Assembly: GCA_000934665.2 (NCBI GenBank)
Contig: JYFJ02001576.1
Coordinates: forward strand, 1-64,000
Direction of reading: 5' to 3'
DNA length: 64,000 nt
DNA from: Catajapyx aquilonaris
Lineage: Eukaryota
Positions 49,701 through 62,664 of the stretch are shown here, piece after piece; the first letter of the stretch is position 1, and the number at the start of each line of letters is the position of its first letter. The notes under the pieces are model-generated. The model was not told where the DNA came from. It worked only from the letters and a program-made list of their open reading frames with translations, and searched no databases. The position numbers and the translations under genes were made by a program.

Positions 49701-52550
49701 TTTTTTCGATTGTCGCCACTACGCGGTAAAGAATCCGTCATCAGTTGAAGCACTTTCAATTAGCACACCCCTGATTTTAATATTGACAGCACCCCCTCCC
49801 CCTCCTCATGGATGGAATTTCGTGTGCTGTGGACAAAAACCTTTCATTGAGTCCAGCTGGGAACATTTTCCTAAAGTGGCTTGCTTCTAACATCATTATT
49901 TTCCCATTTTTGCCCTGCTTATCTAGAAGTAGGCCTATTATGTAAGCAGGCAGACCCATTGCTCAGTTGTCCGCGTCACTCGCTCTCTGTAAACAGCGGC
50001 AACAATCGAAAGAACACTCTATAAGCAACCTCCATGTGATGATGTCTGAACGGCGCGGTTGCCAGGTAATGCCAACGCCGCGCCATTGTTTACATTTAGG
50101 GGCTGCAATAAATTATGTAGGGTAGAGTACTGTGTCTAAAACTAATGCAAAGCCTACCTAATTATTAGCAGACTTTGGTGGAGTGGATCCATTCCATTTA
50201 AAATGTCTATATTGAACAGGTTACCTTTATAATTTAATAAACTAACAGTGAAAATCTTCTGCCAAGACCAAACAAAAGACACAAGTTTATACTGGACACA
50301 GGTTCATTTTACAATGTGTTTCATAATTTAACTAATATCTGTATTAATCGAAATGGGAGGTTCTGTTCCCCCTGTGAAATCACTTCAGGTTAAGTGTGGC
50401 ATCACACATACCATTAAAATGGGCTTTACAATGCAGTGTGTAACTCACTGATCCAGTTGAAAGTAAGCAGATGGAAACAATAGGAAATTAGCACCCATAG
50501 GATTTTTCACCAAAGTAGATGTGAGCTCAATGTTATTCTGAAATGAACAGTTGACAGGTTTCACTTTACCAGCAACAAAATCACAGAGAGATGCTTATTA
50601 TTAAAATGTCAAACTACGGATTTACTACATAATTATACGGTACCATTTACCTAATTCAAACTAGTGACACCATCCTCACAACCCGACCTCCTCTGCTCCT
50701 ACCTACAGGCATAGACACAGGAAAGAAACTAATTAATTACCCATTCCCTTATTAATAACAGCCAAAAATAAGTACAATATCGGTGCTAATCAAATCTCAT
50801 CTAGCAGCGTTTCCTGGTTGTCATGGAAAAGTACTGCTCCAAAGTTGAGACCCACACTGAAGCAGATGACACTCCTTATGAACGTCATCAGAGCCGCCGC
50901 CGCCGCCAATCTTTCCACCAGTTTCACACCTGGCCTGACTCCTGGGGTGCTGCATCTTCCCTCTCACATCCCAATCTGAGCAACATTGGACAGGATCTTA
51001 CAGAGCGTGAGCTGATGACTGAGTTTGATCCTTACTACATTGACCAAGGATTTGAGCATGAATTAGATCCAGGAAATGCTGATGATTCAGGTGGTGATGA
51101 CATTGGTACTTTCCACCCAGGAACAGTATCAGTATCAGTTTCTGACCTGTGTGGAAATCAGTCTAGCTGGGTAGCCAGACGCAAGCGCACTGTTCGTTGC
51201 ATGCCAGAACCAGATGCGTTCAGCCCTTGTGAAGACTTGATGGGTGGTGTGTGGCTACGTATTGGTGTGTGGGTGGTGGCCATAGTGGGTGGGTTTGGAA
51301 ACTTGGCTGTATTAATGGTATTGGTGCTGAGTCGTGGTCAGAGGCAGGGTTCACCAGGCATACAAGGAGTGGGTACCAGAAGAGGATGGGCAGTGCAGCG
51401 ACTATTGATGGGACAACTTGCAATAGCTGATTTAGGAATGGCTGCCTACTTGGTGCTCTTGGGAGCTGCAGATATGCGTTCTAGGGGCAGGTACTTCAAT
51501 TTTGCCCTGGGCTGGCAGCATGGATGGGGTTGTCAGGTGGCTGGATTTTTAACTGTATTAGCATCACTCCTGTCATTATTCACACTAACAATGCTGACTG
51601 CTGAACGTTGGTGTGCCATTACATATGCTTTGACACTATCACGCAGACTCTCACTAACACTTGCTGCCAAGCTTGGATTATTAGCATGGATTCTTTCATT
51701 GCTGGCAGCCACCTTGCCACTAATTGGTGTGTCTGGTTACCACCGTACTAGCATCTGTCTTCCAATGGACAAACGTGACACGGGAGATCTGGTGTACTTA
51801 TTGTTTCTGTTAGGTGCAGATGTGCTTGCATTTGTGCTCATATGTGCCTGCTACCTTCACATTTATCTGGCTGTGCGTGGCCATAATCCATCAGGAGCTC
51901 CCCGATCTGACTTGCAGTTGGCCAAAAAAATGGCATTGCTTGTGTTTACAGACTTTGCCTGCTGGGCACCAGTTGCCTTCTTTGGACTGACAGCTATTGC
52001 TGGTTATCCACTCATTGGAGTTTCTCAAGCAAAAATATTATTAGTCTTCTTTTACCCTTTAAATGCTTGCTGTAATCCTTATCTTTATGCTATCCTTACC
52101 AAACAGTACAGACGTGAACTCTTTGCCCTTCTGTCACGATATGGTTTCTGTGTTGAAAGAGCAGCCAAGTATAAAACTGGTTATTACTCTACTGCCAACA
52201 CTCCACCACGTAATTCCTCTGCACCTGCCGTTAACCATCACCAAGCAGCCAGAGGATCACTCCAAACTCAAACCACATCATGCGAAAACCTACGATTAAT
52301 AAAGCGCAAGAGCAGCTTTGCAACTCCTCCTATGACACCAACTCATAGAGAATTTATAGACAGCCTCCCAGAAGACCCACTAACAGGGGGGTACAGGCTG
52401 GAGGAAGTAGGAGCCAAGATGGATACCAGGGGATCACCCCATCCAATCAAGAACAGTTATGTCAAGATCAGTATGAGTTGTATCCAGGAAAGAATGCTAG
52501 TGAAGGCATTGGGTGCGTCTGAAGGTGATATTGAAGATGCAGCTGTGTGA
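40770..52550 (+). CDS. LGR1: Leucine-rich-repeat GPCR of the glycoprotein hormone receptor class (type A LGR, LGR1-like; TSHR/FSHR/LHCGR family), about 896 aa
   Basis: Twelve phase-consistent exons: 40770-40872 (signal peptide MATKFLLHSALVLMVLVG), 40944-41064 (Cys-rich LRR N-cap), phase-2 LRR exons 42611-42685, 42934-43008, 45269-45346, 45410-45484, 46287-46352, 47448-47516, 47676-47750, then 47821-47938, 48001-48093 (LTYPYHCCAF) and 50808-52550 (hinge plus 7TM with CMPEPDAFSPCEDLMG, ERW, SICLPMD, AKKMALLVFTDFACWAP, NPYLYA). Confidence 0.95.
48430..48705 (-). mobile_element. tRNA-derived SINE family C in LGR1 intron 11
   Basis: Head tggtggtctatcggtt...gggctcaaatccc; A-rich tail; 9-bp TSD agtaaatgt at 48421-48429 and 48706-48714. 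Confidence 0.78.
49186..49312. mobile_element. Tiny palindromic TA-flanked MITE (near-perfect hairpin)
   Basis: About 55-bp stem 49192-49246 / 49248-49303 with a 1-nt centre; termini ta|cagta...tactg|ta. Confidence 0.8.
49597..50127. mobile_element. Tc1-type MITE with long TIRs
   Basis: cactacccgacataat / attatgtagggtagag termini; arms about 120 bp; TA flanks. Confidence 0.82.
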
Positions 52551-53612
52551 AGATTTATTTTTACTTTACATGGACTGGGATGTTCTTGATGTAGTCAAGC
52601 CAAAAATCTTCAGGCAGCTCAGGTCTACTATCTTATTTTAATCCCACCACCCATCTCAAATCAAACAAGATAGCTTGGGATTTTAAAGCCCAGTGGTTCA
52701 GGCCATGTCTCAGGCCATGTCATGAATGCAAACGAGGGCTCTTTACATGTCAGCAAGTATCCTATGCATAATGTGGCACTTTCACATGGTCAACTAAACC
52801 TTACAATCCCAATAAATTATCTCAAATTAGCTTCAGGATGAATGGTAAGATTAAGATAAGGTGGTAGACTTTGTCTTGGTTTTGGCTCAACTATATTCTG
52901 TGATGTAAGAATGCAGGCTACACACACTGCACATGGTCGGCTGAAAGTTTGATATCACTTCCTTCAGCTTTCTAATATTGTGCAGATCAGACAATTCATT
53001 TATCCAAATCAGGTCTTCAAAAGATCATGGCACACCTCTGCTTTCAAGGTGTCAGTCATGAGAACAAATCAACTTTTATAACATCAATGAAGGATTAATT
53101 AGATTGGATGCTGCAACAGTTTAGAATGTTCTATCATAAATCATTGAGAATAGAGGTACAGTACAAGGCAACCAATACAAAGGGTTGGCAATAAAGGGCA
53201 CCTCAGCGCATTACATACATCTATCGGCACCAGTTACAAAGTAAATGTAACGAATATTAGGAATCCCATATTTCAGTGCACAAACCACTACAAAAATATG
53301 AATAAACACTAAAAATGACCTCGAAAATAACAAAATCAATGCCTTGCTTACATTTCCTATGCTCCCCCCTCCCCATCCCTTCTCACATACACACATCCCA
53401 TGTCTTGCTCCACCCAACTTTGGTGATAGCGCCTGAAATAATCAGGTGAAGGGGGACCATGTGGTAATTTATACTGCTCTATTGTCACTCTGATGTCAAT
53501 CTTTCATGTAGGTCGACATTCCCTTTCTGAAGCTGTCGAATATTTGTTAATTTATTCATTTGCATGTCTGCATACAGATAACTGGTCCACTTTCATTGGA
53601 CATAATCTTGTA

Positions 53613-54018
53613 CAGTGGAGCATCGATTATCCAAAACAATGGGGGACTGGGGGTGTTCGGATAACTGATTTTTCGGATAACCGATCATTTACAGAAAAAA
53701 ATTGTACCAGTGTCATAGGAGCAATATGAAACAAAGAAACAGTGATATTAAACACAAAACTGTATATTTTGTATCACAGTCACGTCTTAAAAATACGTAC
53801 ATATACCTTACATGAAGTAGTATACAGTACACTACATACAGTAAAGTAGGCCTACAGTTTAGGAAAAGAAGTCCAATACATGTATTTTCTTTTGCTTCAG
53901 AGCTGAGACTCGTTTTTTTTCTGCTAAATCTCGCGCGCAAATTTGAATTTGCTAACTCGAACGCTTTCGGTTAACCGATGCCTTGGTTGATCGGTATCAG
54001 ATAATCGATGCTCCACTG
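53613..54018. mobile_element. pogo/Tigger-type MITE
   Basis: TIR cagtggagcatcgattatc at both ends; TA TSD; internal ggataacyga repeats. Confidence 0.87.
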
Positions 54019-56113
54019 TATCGTTTGATCTGCATTGCATTAGAAGATATGGGGACTTTGGGGCTGCTCAAGTCACAAGCAGGTGCAGCATAAAAGCTGT
54101 CATTGGCTATTACGAGTAGTTATCATCGTAATATTTCACAAAAATTACGAAACTGACCAATGCCTGCATGCACTTCGGGTTCAGATATACGGTACAGCAT
54201 GTGACATCTGTGCTACTGTAGACATCTACAACAAATCTGCAATAGGTGTCAAACAAAACTCCAATGGTTCTATTCATAAAGTTGCATTAGGTCATGTAGA
54301 ATGGAGGGTGCGGTGTCAATACTTAAGGCTGACAACTCCATTAGTGACATAAGGGCAGGGAGGATTCATCCGACCACTGACAAGTACACAATTTAGTATT
54401 CATTTTTAATTATAATGATATGGAATTCAAGAACAAATGATATTTTAATTACCTATATCTTCTTTCAAATCTTTGCTCAAACAATATATTGCTCCACAGT
54501 ATAAAAATAATGATATTATTGTATCAAATTATTATAAAGCCTAAAACAAATGTAAGTACCACATCTTTAATTGGGTGCAATAATGTCACACACCTGCATT
54601 ATGTAGGTGGAAAGTAAACTTTATTGCATTGTTATTGTGTACTAGCTTTATGTAAAATAATACATTTAATATTTCAACTACATCATTTAAAAAAAAATGT
54701 AACTGAGCCAGTAGTCAAGAATGAAAATGACTGAATGGCTCCAAGTATAATTAACTTGTTAAAATACTTTTTAGGGCAGTTTTTATTATTATTTTATTAT
54801 GATTGATTTTATAGTGAAAATTTAACATCTGCTAACATATTATCATTCTCAACCTCAGATCTAACAAGATATGTAGCAATGAGGGGAAATAGGTCACAAA
54901 AGTGTCTGGGAACCATAAATTAAAATTTTATAAATAACTTCCAATTGGTTTTGAAATGAACTAGGAACATGCACATCGGAACATTCTCCATGTAGCTCGG
55001 TACACTAGGTCCCATCAACCAATTTTAACTGGACCACTTAAGAGCTAACTGTAGCTTAGAACTTAAGAGATTGAACTGCATTTCTCCCGTGTGTGGTGTT
55101 CTAATTGGTTTATTAGTGGCTAAGCAGGCAAATAGTGCAATTTAAGGTAAACAGCCAGTTACCAGTGGGAGTGCAGGAAGAGGGAGAATCACCAGGCAAC
55201 AGAAAGTTGCCAACACCCTCTCCCCTTCCCTTTTTAAAAGAACAAGAATTGAAGTCCTCAGGAGAAAATCGATCAAAGTCCACTTTTTGTCAAAAATGAG
55301 TTACATATCTCAGAAGATAAAGTCACTAGCTTAGAACATGATGGTTTGGTCGTGGTTGTGGAGTAATGATCATAGGTCACTATGGAAGGCCCCAAAAGTG
55401 GGAATTACAATGGAACCTTATGGGCCTTTGAAATTTAAAATGCGAATATCTCAGTTTCACCTGAGGTGGACATTTATCGTTTTTCTCCCGAGGTCTTCAA
55501 TTATACGTGGCCATCACAGAAAGTGAATCCAGCTCCAGCACTGCTGCTTTATAACCAAGAATTGCCATTTTGAAAAATTCATCCAACACATTTGATTTAG
55601 CCAGGTACTTAAATGATGACAGTTGGGTTTGGTAGCAAACTGACAGGTTGGAAGGCAGTTGGAACCAGCCCTGACTATATTTCTTTGCTGCACTGACAGG
55701 TCAGCAAGAGAAACATATTACTGCAATGTCAAAAGTACCGTACCTTCCCCACACTGGTATATTTAGAGGGTGAAGGGAAATTCGTGGACAATCGCCAGGT
55801 AGACTGATAGTACTCGTAAAACTAACATCGGGATGTGCTATTAGTTTTTGGCTCTGTTGTGTAGTTAATGCGTACGGTGCCTTTTAAGTGTAGAGGGCCG
55901 GATGCTAAAATATGAGTTAAAAAGGACAAAATACAAGGGTGTCTTACCCGGATTCTTATTCTGATGGGATTTGATCACCTATTGCACATGGACCAAGGCC
56001 GGATTGTTCAGAGGACCTCGAGCTGACTTTTGCTTCTTTGAAACTGGAGATGATGTGACGTCACGAAACTTTAAAGGCGGCGTACGTGTTAACTATGCAA
56101 CAGCGCCCAAAAC

Positions 56114-56870
56114 TAGGGTGTTCCAGAGTGGATGACTCACTCTTTGAAACGCAATTACTTTCGAACGGAACAACATATTTATTTAAAGTACGCGCCAAAC
56201 CAGCAAGGGAGGGTACGAAAATCTTCCATGTAGGTGGCCGCACTAAGCAATGCTCAGGTCTTGCAACAAAAATGGCCAAAGCAAGACTGTCGTTAGAGAA
56301 AATATGTGTCCAGTGTGTTCGACTATATTCAGTGACAAAAAATGTTACAGAAATGTGCCGTCAAATGGCAAACCTTTCCGGTGGACCAGCTCCTACCCGA
56401 AAAACTGTTGCAAGAATAAACCAACGGTTTGATGAAACTGGATGTGTCTTGGATCAAAAGAAACCCGGCAAAGGGAGAACAGTTGTGAACGCAGAAAACA
56501 AACAGCGCATCCGAGATGCACTGGAAAGTTCTCCAGCAAAAGCAAAATCAGTCCGACGCCCCTCTCCCGTGGGGTTATCTGAAGGAAAAGGTTTACCACC
56601 ATCGAATCGACTCCCTGGAGCATCTGCGTTACATAATCACACAGGAGTTCAATGCGATCCCTGTTGACTTCTGTCGGAAGGCGTGCGACAATGTCGCCTT
56701 GTTATTGCAGGCCTGCATCGACGTGGAAGGGGGGGGTTGACCATACCATGGAGAACAGGTCTTAAGTTAGTATTTCCTTGATGTTTTGGTACGTACTTTA
56801 AATAAATATGTTGTTCCGTTCGAAAGTAATTGCATTTCAAAGAGTGAGTCATCAACTCTGGAACACCCTG
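56114..56870 (+). mobile_element. Internally deleted Tc1/mariner-family transposon nested in another TIR element (about 55758-56955)
   Basis: About 75-bp TIR gggtgttccagagt. N-terminal HTH remnant (PTRKTVARINQRFDETGCVLD, 56272-56560) is joined out of frame to the C-terminal WGYLKEKVY...ACIDVEGG; catalytic core missing. Confidence 0.85.
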
Positions 56871-57031
56871 TACTTGCACATCCCTATATTAGTTTCACGA
56901 GTACTATCAGTCTACCTCGCTATTGTCCACGAGTTTCCCTTCACCATTTATATACTGCAGTTACCAGTGACAATTATTCTCGACATATAATAAGTAAATA
57001 AATATATGTCACAGAAATGATCCAGACACTT

Positions 57032-57230
57032 GGGGCTAGGCTGAGGGTTATGCCAGCCGTCAATCAAGTGCGCTGGGCAATGCTTGTGCAAGTCTGAGAT
57101 TTATTACTTTTTGAGAGAAACGTGTCAATCATCAGGACACTTTTCTCTCAAAAAGTCATAAATCTCAAGACTTGCACACGAGTCACCTAGCACATTTGAT
57201 TGGCAGCCAGCATAACCCTCAGCCTACCCC
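57032..57230. repeat. About 200-bp imperfect palindrome, probable small MITE
   Basis: taggctgagggttatgc...acttttgagagaaa pairs with ttttctctcaaaaagt...gcataaccctcagccta. Confidence 0.7.
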
Positions 57231-57587
57231 CCTGCTGATAGTTCATTATAATGATATCGATAAAAGGTAAACTCCTAACTTGTTGTCTGTAATATCCCTT
57301 AAGCTTCTTCAGCCACACATCCCATTCAGGAGATGTGATTTACACTTACATTGTCATTGTATATGATTAGGATTTTTGAAGACTTCTCCTGACGCAGTTA
57401 TATGTTGCTAAGGAAACTGAGTTTAGCCAGATTCCATAAGTTCAGGATCAAGTCAACTTTATTCGTCTTTTGAGCAATAAGACTTGATATTTTGACACTT
57501 GTCCACACAAAATGATTGGAGATATGGAGACTTTCAAGTAGCTTACACTTGATGGGCTTATTTTTATTTCATTTCAGAATATCTTAA

Positions 57588-58133
57588 CCCTTAACTACGT
57601 AGGTGGAGCCTGAAAGGCTCCAACCACTATTTCAACGCATGTAACTTTTTAATTAAACGTTTTTTCCCCCCTGTCCTTCCGTGACTTTGTCACAAAAACC
57701 TTCCTAAGCATGAAAAGAAGAAGAAAACAATTTTAGTCACCATTCTTTGGCTGAAAAAAATTCGTAATGAGGAACAGGTCCCACCTTGGAGCCGCTCAGG
57801 CTCCACCTACGTAGTAAAGGGTGCTGTCGTTTTCCCTATCTCCGTGGAGAACATCTGAGTAGGGAAAACGACAGCACCTTTTACTACGTATGTGGAGCCT
57901 GAGTGGCTCCGTGGGACCTGTTCCTTGTTACGAATTTTTTTCTGTCAGAATATGCTGACTCGGCGTGTGATTTTTACGTTTTCGGAAGCCTAATTATCTG
58001 AACTGCACTTTCTGTATGTGAAAAGTCCAATATAACAATTGAGCTGATAAGAAGAGATTTAAATATACTGTTGGAGCCGCTCAGGCTCCACCTACGTAGT
58101 TAAAGGTGTTTCGGCCACCTACATAGTTAAGGA
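57588..58133. mobile_element. piggyBac-type MITE
   Basis: TTAA|cccttaactacgtaggtgg ... ccacctacatagttaagga|TTAA; internal repeats of ggagcc..caggctccacctacgtag. Confidence 0.8.
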
Positions 58134-58386
58134 TTAATACTTGAAGTCAGAGATTACAATAATGGCCAACTCTGTCACTCTAATCATCTCTCCACTTTTT
58201 ACAAGGATCCAGTATTTTTGGACCAGGCTTGTAAAAAATATCCTGAGAAAAGTAAAATTTCTCGAGTCAGGGACTGATTCAATTGAATGCTATTTATTCA
58301 GGTAGAGAATGATGTAAATGGGACCAATAAATGACAAGAAACTTGCCATTTACCCCAGCCCTTCTTAGATAATTTCATTAATTTGA

Positions 58387-58652
58387 CATGGATATGTCTT
58401 TAAAATCGGATCAGGGGGCATGCAGGAAAACTCGAGCATTACAGAAAAGCGTTACAGTCTATTATAACAGAGTCTGCTATAACCAACAGTATTTTATCTG
58501 CTCATTACGTCACACATATATGCCCCCGCCAGGGGCCCCATGGTGGGGGCATGCAGAGGGGGCGGGGGCGGGGGGGCAGCTGGGTAATGCTTTTCTGTAA
58601 CGCTTGAGTTTGCCTGCATGTCCTCTGATCCGATTTTAAAGATGTATCCATG
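58387..58652. mobile_element. Fold-back element with CATG termini (P-like; no TSD seen)
   Basis: catggatatgtctttaaaatcggatcag / ctgatccgattttaaagatgtatccatg. Confidence 0.65.
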
Positions 58653-58908
58653 CCTGCATGCCCCCGCCATTATAGTCGAGAAAAGTGAAACATAATGTAG
58701 GTTGAGCCCGCAAAAGCTGCGGCTTGTGTCCTCGACACAACCTAATGTAATTTTTGATAGGTGTTTCTAATATACCTTGGACCACTTATATTCTCAAAAT
58801 ATAAAAGCAGTGGTCCTCTCATAATGGGCCAAATGGTTACTGGCACTGTTAGTCACTGCTACAACATACAATATGTCCAGTACTAGCACATAATGTTTTA
58901 TTGCTTAA

Positions 58909-59415
58909 GGGGGCGCATTAGTAAAAATACGGTAGGCGCATTTTTGAGGTAATTTTATTTTTTGTGGCGAAATGGACGGTTAATCGGAAAAATCACGCCG
59001 AAGGTGCCCTGCGCAAAGGTTTAGCCTAAACTATGGTACCACACTCGATATGATTGCATTAAAATTGTGGACATACGGGCGCCGATGCGTTCCCGAATTT
59101 GTCGCGTTCCTGCCGCCATGTTATTCAAATGGGCTTTTCGGGAACTCTATTTTCCTTTCACTTCAACTCGATGAAAAGGTCACTTCTAGGCCGAAAATGG
59201 GAAAATGACGCCGAAGGTGCCCTGCGCCAGATCATGTCCTATTTTTTGGTGTAATTTTTGTGTCCATTGCTCCATTTTTGTGGCCGTAAGGCCGCCGATG
59301 CGTGGACATGTCGAATCCCCATATGCTGTCCATGCAAACGCGAGTTTGTTTACGTAGTCGCCAAGGGCTCGCATTGTTACCGATTGTTACCGTATTTTTT
59401 TACTAATGCGCCCCC
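58909..59415. mobile_element. Kolobok-type MITE
   Basis: TTAA|gggggcgcattagtaaaaa ... tttttactaatgcgccccc|TTAA; purine-purine terminus with TTAA TSD; internal direct repeat cgccgaaggtgccctgcgc. Confidence 0.82.
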
Positions 59416-59550
59416 TTAACTGAAAAAATCTAGTAAGAGGGCTAAGCATGTCATGGGCATACAAGAGAAACACAAGTCAAAAAACCCAGAGATTTACACT
59501 AAGTTCAAAGGTGAATTTCTCCTGCAGACCATTTTGTGCTCTGTGACTTA

Positions 59551-59918
59551 CAAGGGAAGTGTCTGTAGGGGTATCAGCCAATCGGCCCGAAAGTGACACT
59601 TCGGGTAAATCGCAGGCTAGAAATTCATTGATGAAAATAAAAAGTATCAATAGCCAAGCGTTTTCGAGATATGAGTGACGATAGGTGCACGGCAAACCTG
59701 CGTGGTGACAAGGGGCGCATTCGGGGTAAGAAATCATAAACAGTCTTCGTGGCTCAGTCTGTAGAGCTTCCACCTCAAGTTCCAAGTACGTGGGAAATGA
59801 CTTTAAAACGCTTGGCTATTGGCACTTTTTATTTTCACCAATGAATTTCTGGCCTGTGATTTACCTGAAGTGTCATTTTCAGGCCGATTGGCCGATACCC
59901 CTACATACACGTCCCTTG
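59551..59918. mobile_element. Fold-back MITE flanked by TTA
   Basis: caagggaagtgtctgtaggggtatc / gatacccctacatacacgtcccttg; arms about 115 bp. Confidence 0.8.
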
Positions 59919-61479
59919 TTAGTGAATCAACTTACGTAAAATTCTGGCTAGAAGGCTCTTTACCAATTTTTAAATGACTAAATGGCAACAGAGCAAAAAA
60001 ATGCTACTTTGGGCCAATTGTAAGAACATGAGTTAAGGTTAACTACAAATTAGTCTATATGAAAACAATAAATAACTCAAACACACCAAATTGAAATTAG
60101 AGGGTTTCTCCTGTGCGATCATGATAATATGAAGTTCCCAAAATTAAAATCCATTGAGAGTGGAAGCAATAAAAAATCATTCCAAGTCCAAAGAAAAGTA
60201 TTCACATCATAGGATGAATTCAGGGAGATAATTGAATCATGGGTCACCATGCGCAGGTTCAGCATCACATTCTAGTATGATGTAAGAATTGGACATAATT
60301 CATACACGTACAGTGCAAGGCTGTGATCAATATGATCTTTCCACTCTCCTGGGATGCTACATGAATGTACAGTGTTATGAGACATGACCAATTTGGGCCT
60401 ACTGGGTCAACAGAAACATTGGATCCAGGCTCAACTTTCTCTACATCATCTTATCAACTTAATAAGTATGATTATTATGATATTAGGAGAGGTCAGAAGA
60501 CTCATTCCAGGATTGGTTTTACTCTGCCACTAGATCATTGTTATTGTAAGTTGTTACTATTAGAAGAAAGAAAAAGTTAGTTATTTCCTACCTATTCTGA
60601 AGTGTGAAAATCTGGATAAGTCATGAATCTGCACGAATTTGTGGAAAGTTAAAAATGTTCAGAAAAGTTCACAGGAATATTGTGCAAATTTTAGTTTCAG
60701 TTTTATAGAAATTGTATGTGGTGCCCAATTCTTAGCATTGCTACCTTGGCCATTATCATTATTTTCAAAGTTATTCAAGGCGTTTGGTGGTTTTAGGGAT
60801 CCTTTCAAATATGTCAAAATTGCAAATGTTACTATCAAACGCAGATTTTCTTAACTATAAAATTGACAGAAAAAACTCATACGCGTATTGCTTGTTTTGA
60901 TAAATGTGTATTGAAATCATACTGCTCCATCACAGGCCAATGGTTACCAGTCTGACAAGATAAAAGGTAGAATTATTCCACAAATCTAGAGACTACTAAT
61001 GCTGTTCACAGGTTTCTGTACACAGTCCATCTCCATATATGTCCCACCCTGCCAAAGTGTTGATAAGCACAATTTTAAAATTATTTTGGCAAATATTGAT
61101 AACCTTGAAAGGTCTGGGTGCATTCTCTAAATCAGCTGCTAGAAGGCATCTAGGTCAAGATTGCAGCAAAAGTGCCAATGGAAGTTATTATTACCACCAT
61201 ACACAAAACAGGTTACAAGTCATGAACATAGTATAGCTATATGAATATTTATGCATAAATCATGGCCTGGCAACTTGCAATCACCTTTGTAAAGGTTATA
61301 TCGGTAACTTTGCCACACTTTTGATGCAGTCTTGAGATAGACGCCATTTGAATGCATGGAAACACCAACTGGCTGTGAATGCCTGACATGTATCAAATGC
61401 TGCCTTCATGGCTGCTACCAGTAGGATTTTAAAGACATTGCATTTCCACCCATTTATGTAATAATTCAAATAATTCATT

Positions 61480-61739
61480 TATTTCTTTTATTCTTTTATA
61501 TTTTTTTACACCCCATTGGGAGAATCGGCGCTCCATTAGGGGGGTGGAGTACCACCATTGATGAGGCCAAGGATAGGGAAGGAAGGAAGTGGCTGTGGCC
61601 TATTATACGGAAACAACCCTGAAATTATCCTGGGAGGGACCGTGGAAAACCACTGTCAGGGTTGCCGGCCCCGGGATTTGAACCCAGGACCTCCCGATTA
61701 ACAGTCAGGCTCCTTAACCACCACACCAACTTGCTTCGG
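61480..61739 (-). mobile_element. tRNA-derived SINE family B
   Basis: B box gggttcaaatccc; A-rich tail; perfect 15-bp TSD ttcaaataattcatt at 61465-61479 and 61740-61754. Confidence 0.88.
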
Positions 61740-62664
61740 TTCAAATAATTCATTAATGGTGTGTGTTTCTAGTATCAGCATAACAGGGGGAGGGTGATCA
61801 TGTTGGTTCTCAACTTGTTGCAGATTTACCTAATGGGGAATGGGCTAGTAGGCTCTTCAAGGTATGTTTTAGTCCTGGATAAACAATATAACATATATTC
61901 AACTTCTCTGTACCATAATCATAAGAGTCTGACGAGTAATTTGACAAATGAAACTACACACAAAAAAAAACGGAATGATTCAGACTACAGGTATGAAAGG
62001 GGCATCTTCAAATGGGAGGCAGGTATTTTACCTTGTGCCACCATTCATTATCTTACAAAACATTATGTTCTGTGTTCCTAATAGATGAATCATCTCTGCA
62101 AATATATTGCCATGTAAATAATGCTGTATGTAGTTCACCCCCAAAGCAATACCCATGAAATAAATATCCCTTCAAAATGCTGTGTATAATATTTAATTCA
62201 ATAAATTAGGGTTCTACATTCAAAATAGTGAGGCTACCTTCCATGGTTTGTAAAGGGGCAGAAAGACAAGCAAGAATCCAAGATCTCCTAATTGCTTTCC
62301 ATAACAAGTTGTGTCTGAGGCAACATGTGACTAGAGTATACATTCTTACACAACGTGCGCATTTACCAACTCCTAGACTTGAAGCAGGCAATAAATAGAA
62401 GCTTCGTTTTCAGTGGACGGCCAGTTGAAATAGACACTGGGAGGCACATACTTGACTTGTGCTCATTATTGCATTATTAGCATTCTCTCTTGGTTCAGAG
62501 AAGGGCACTGCATGGATTGTATAATCTTGATTTGATTTGACTCCTTTGGGTCAAGATGTACCAAAAAATAAAGTGCATTATTGCTGAGCAGTGAGTACCT
62601 TATGCATATAAATTTGGATTTTAAAAACCAGCATGCCTTGTAATTTGAGATGGTAAATAGTGCA

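Noticed and set aside
57588..58133. Recurrent palindromic ~27-bp motif that superficially resembles CRISPR repeats
   Set aside because: Irregular spacing, mixed orientation, TTAA-flanked TIRs, eukaryotic context and no cas genes.
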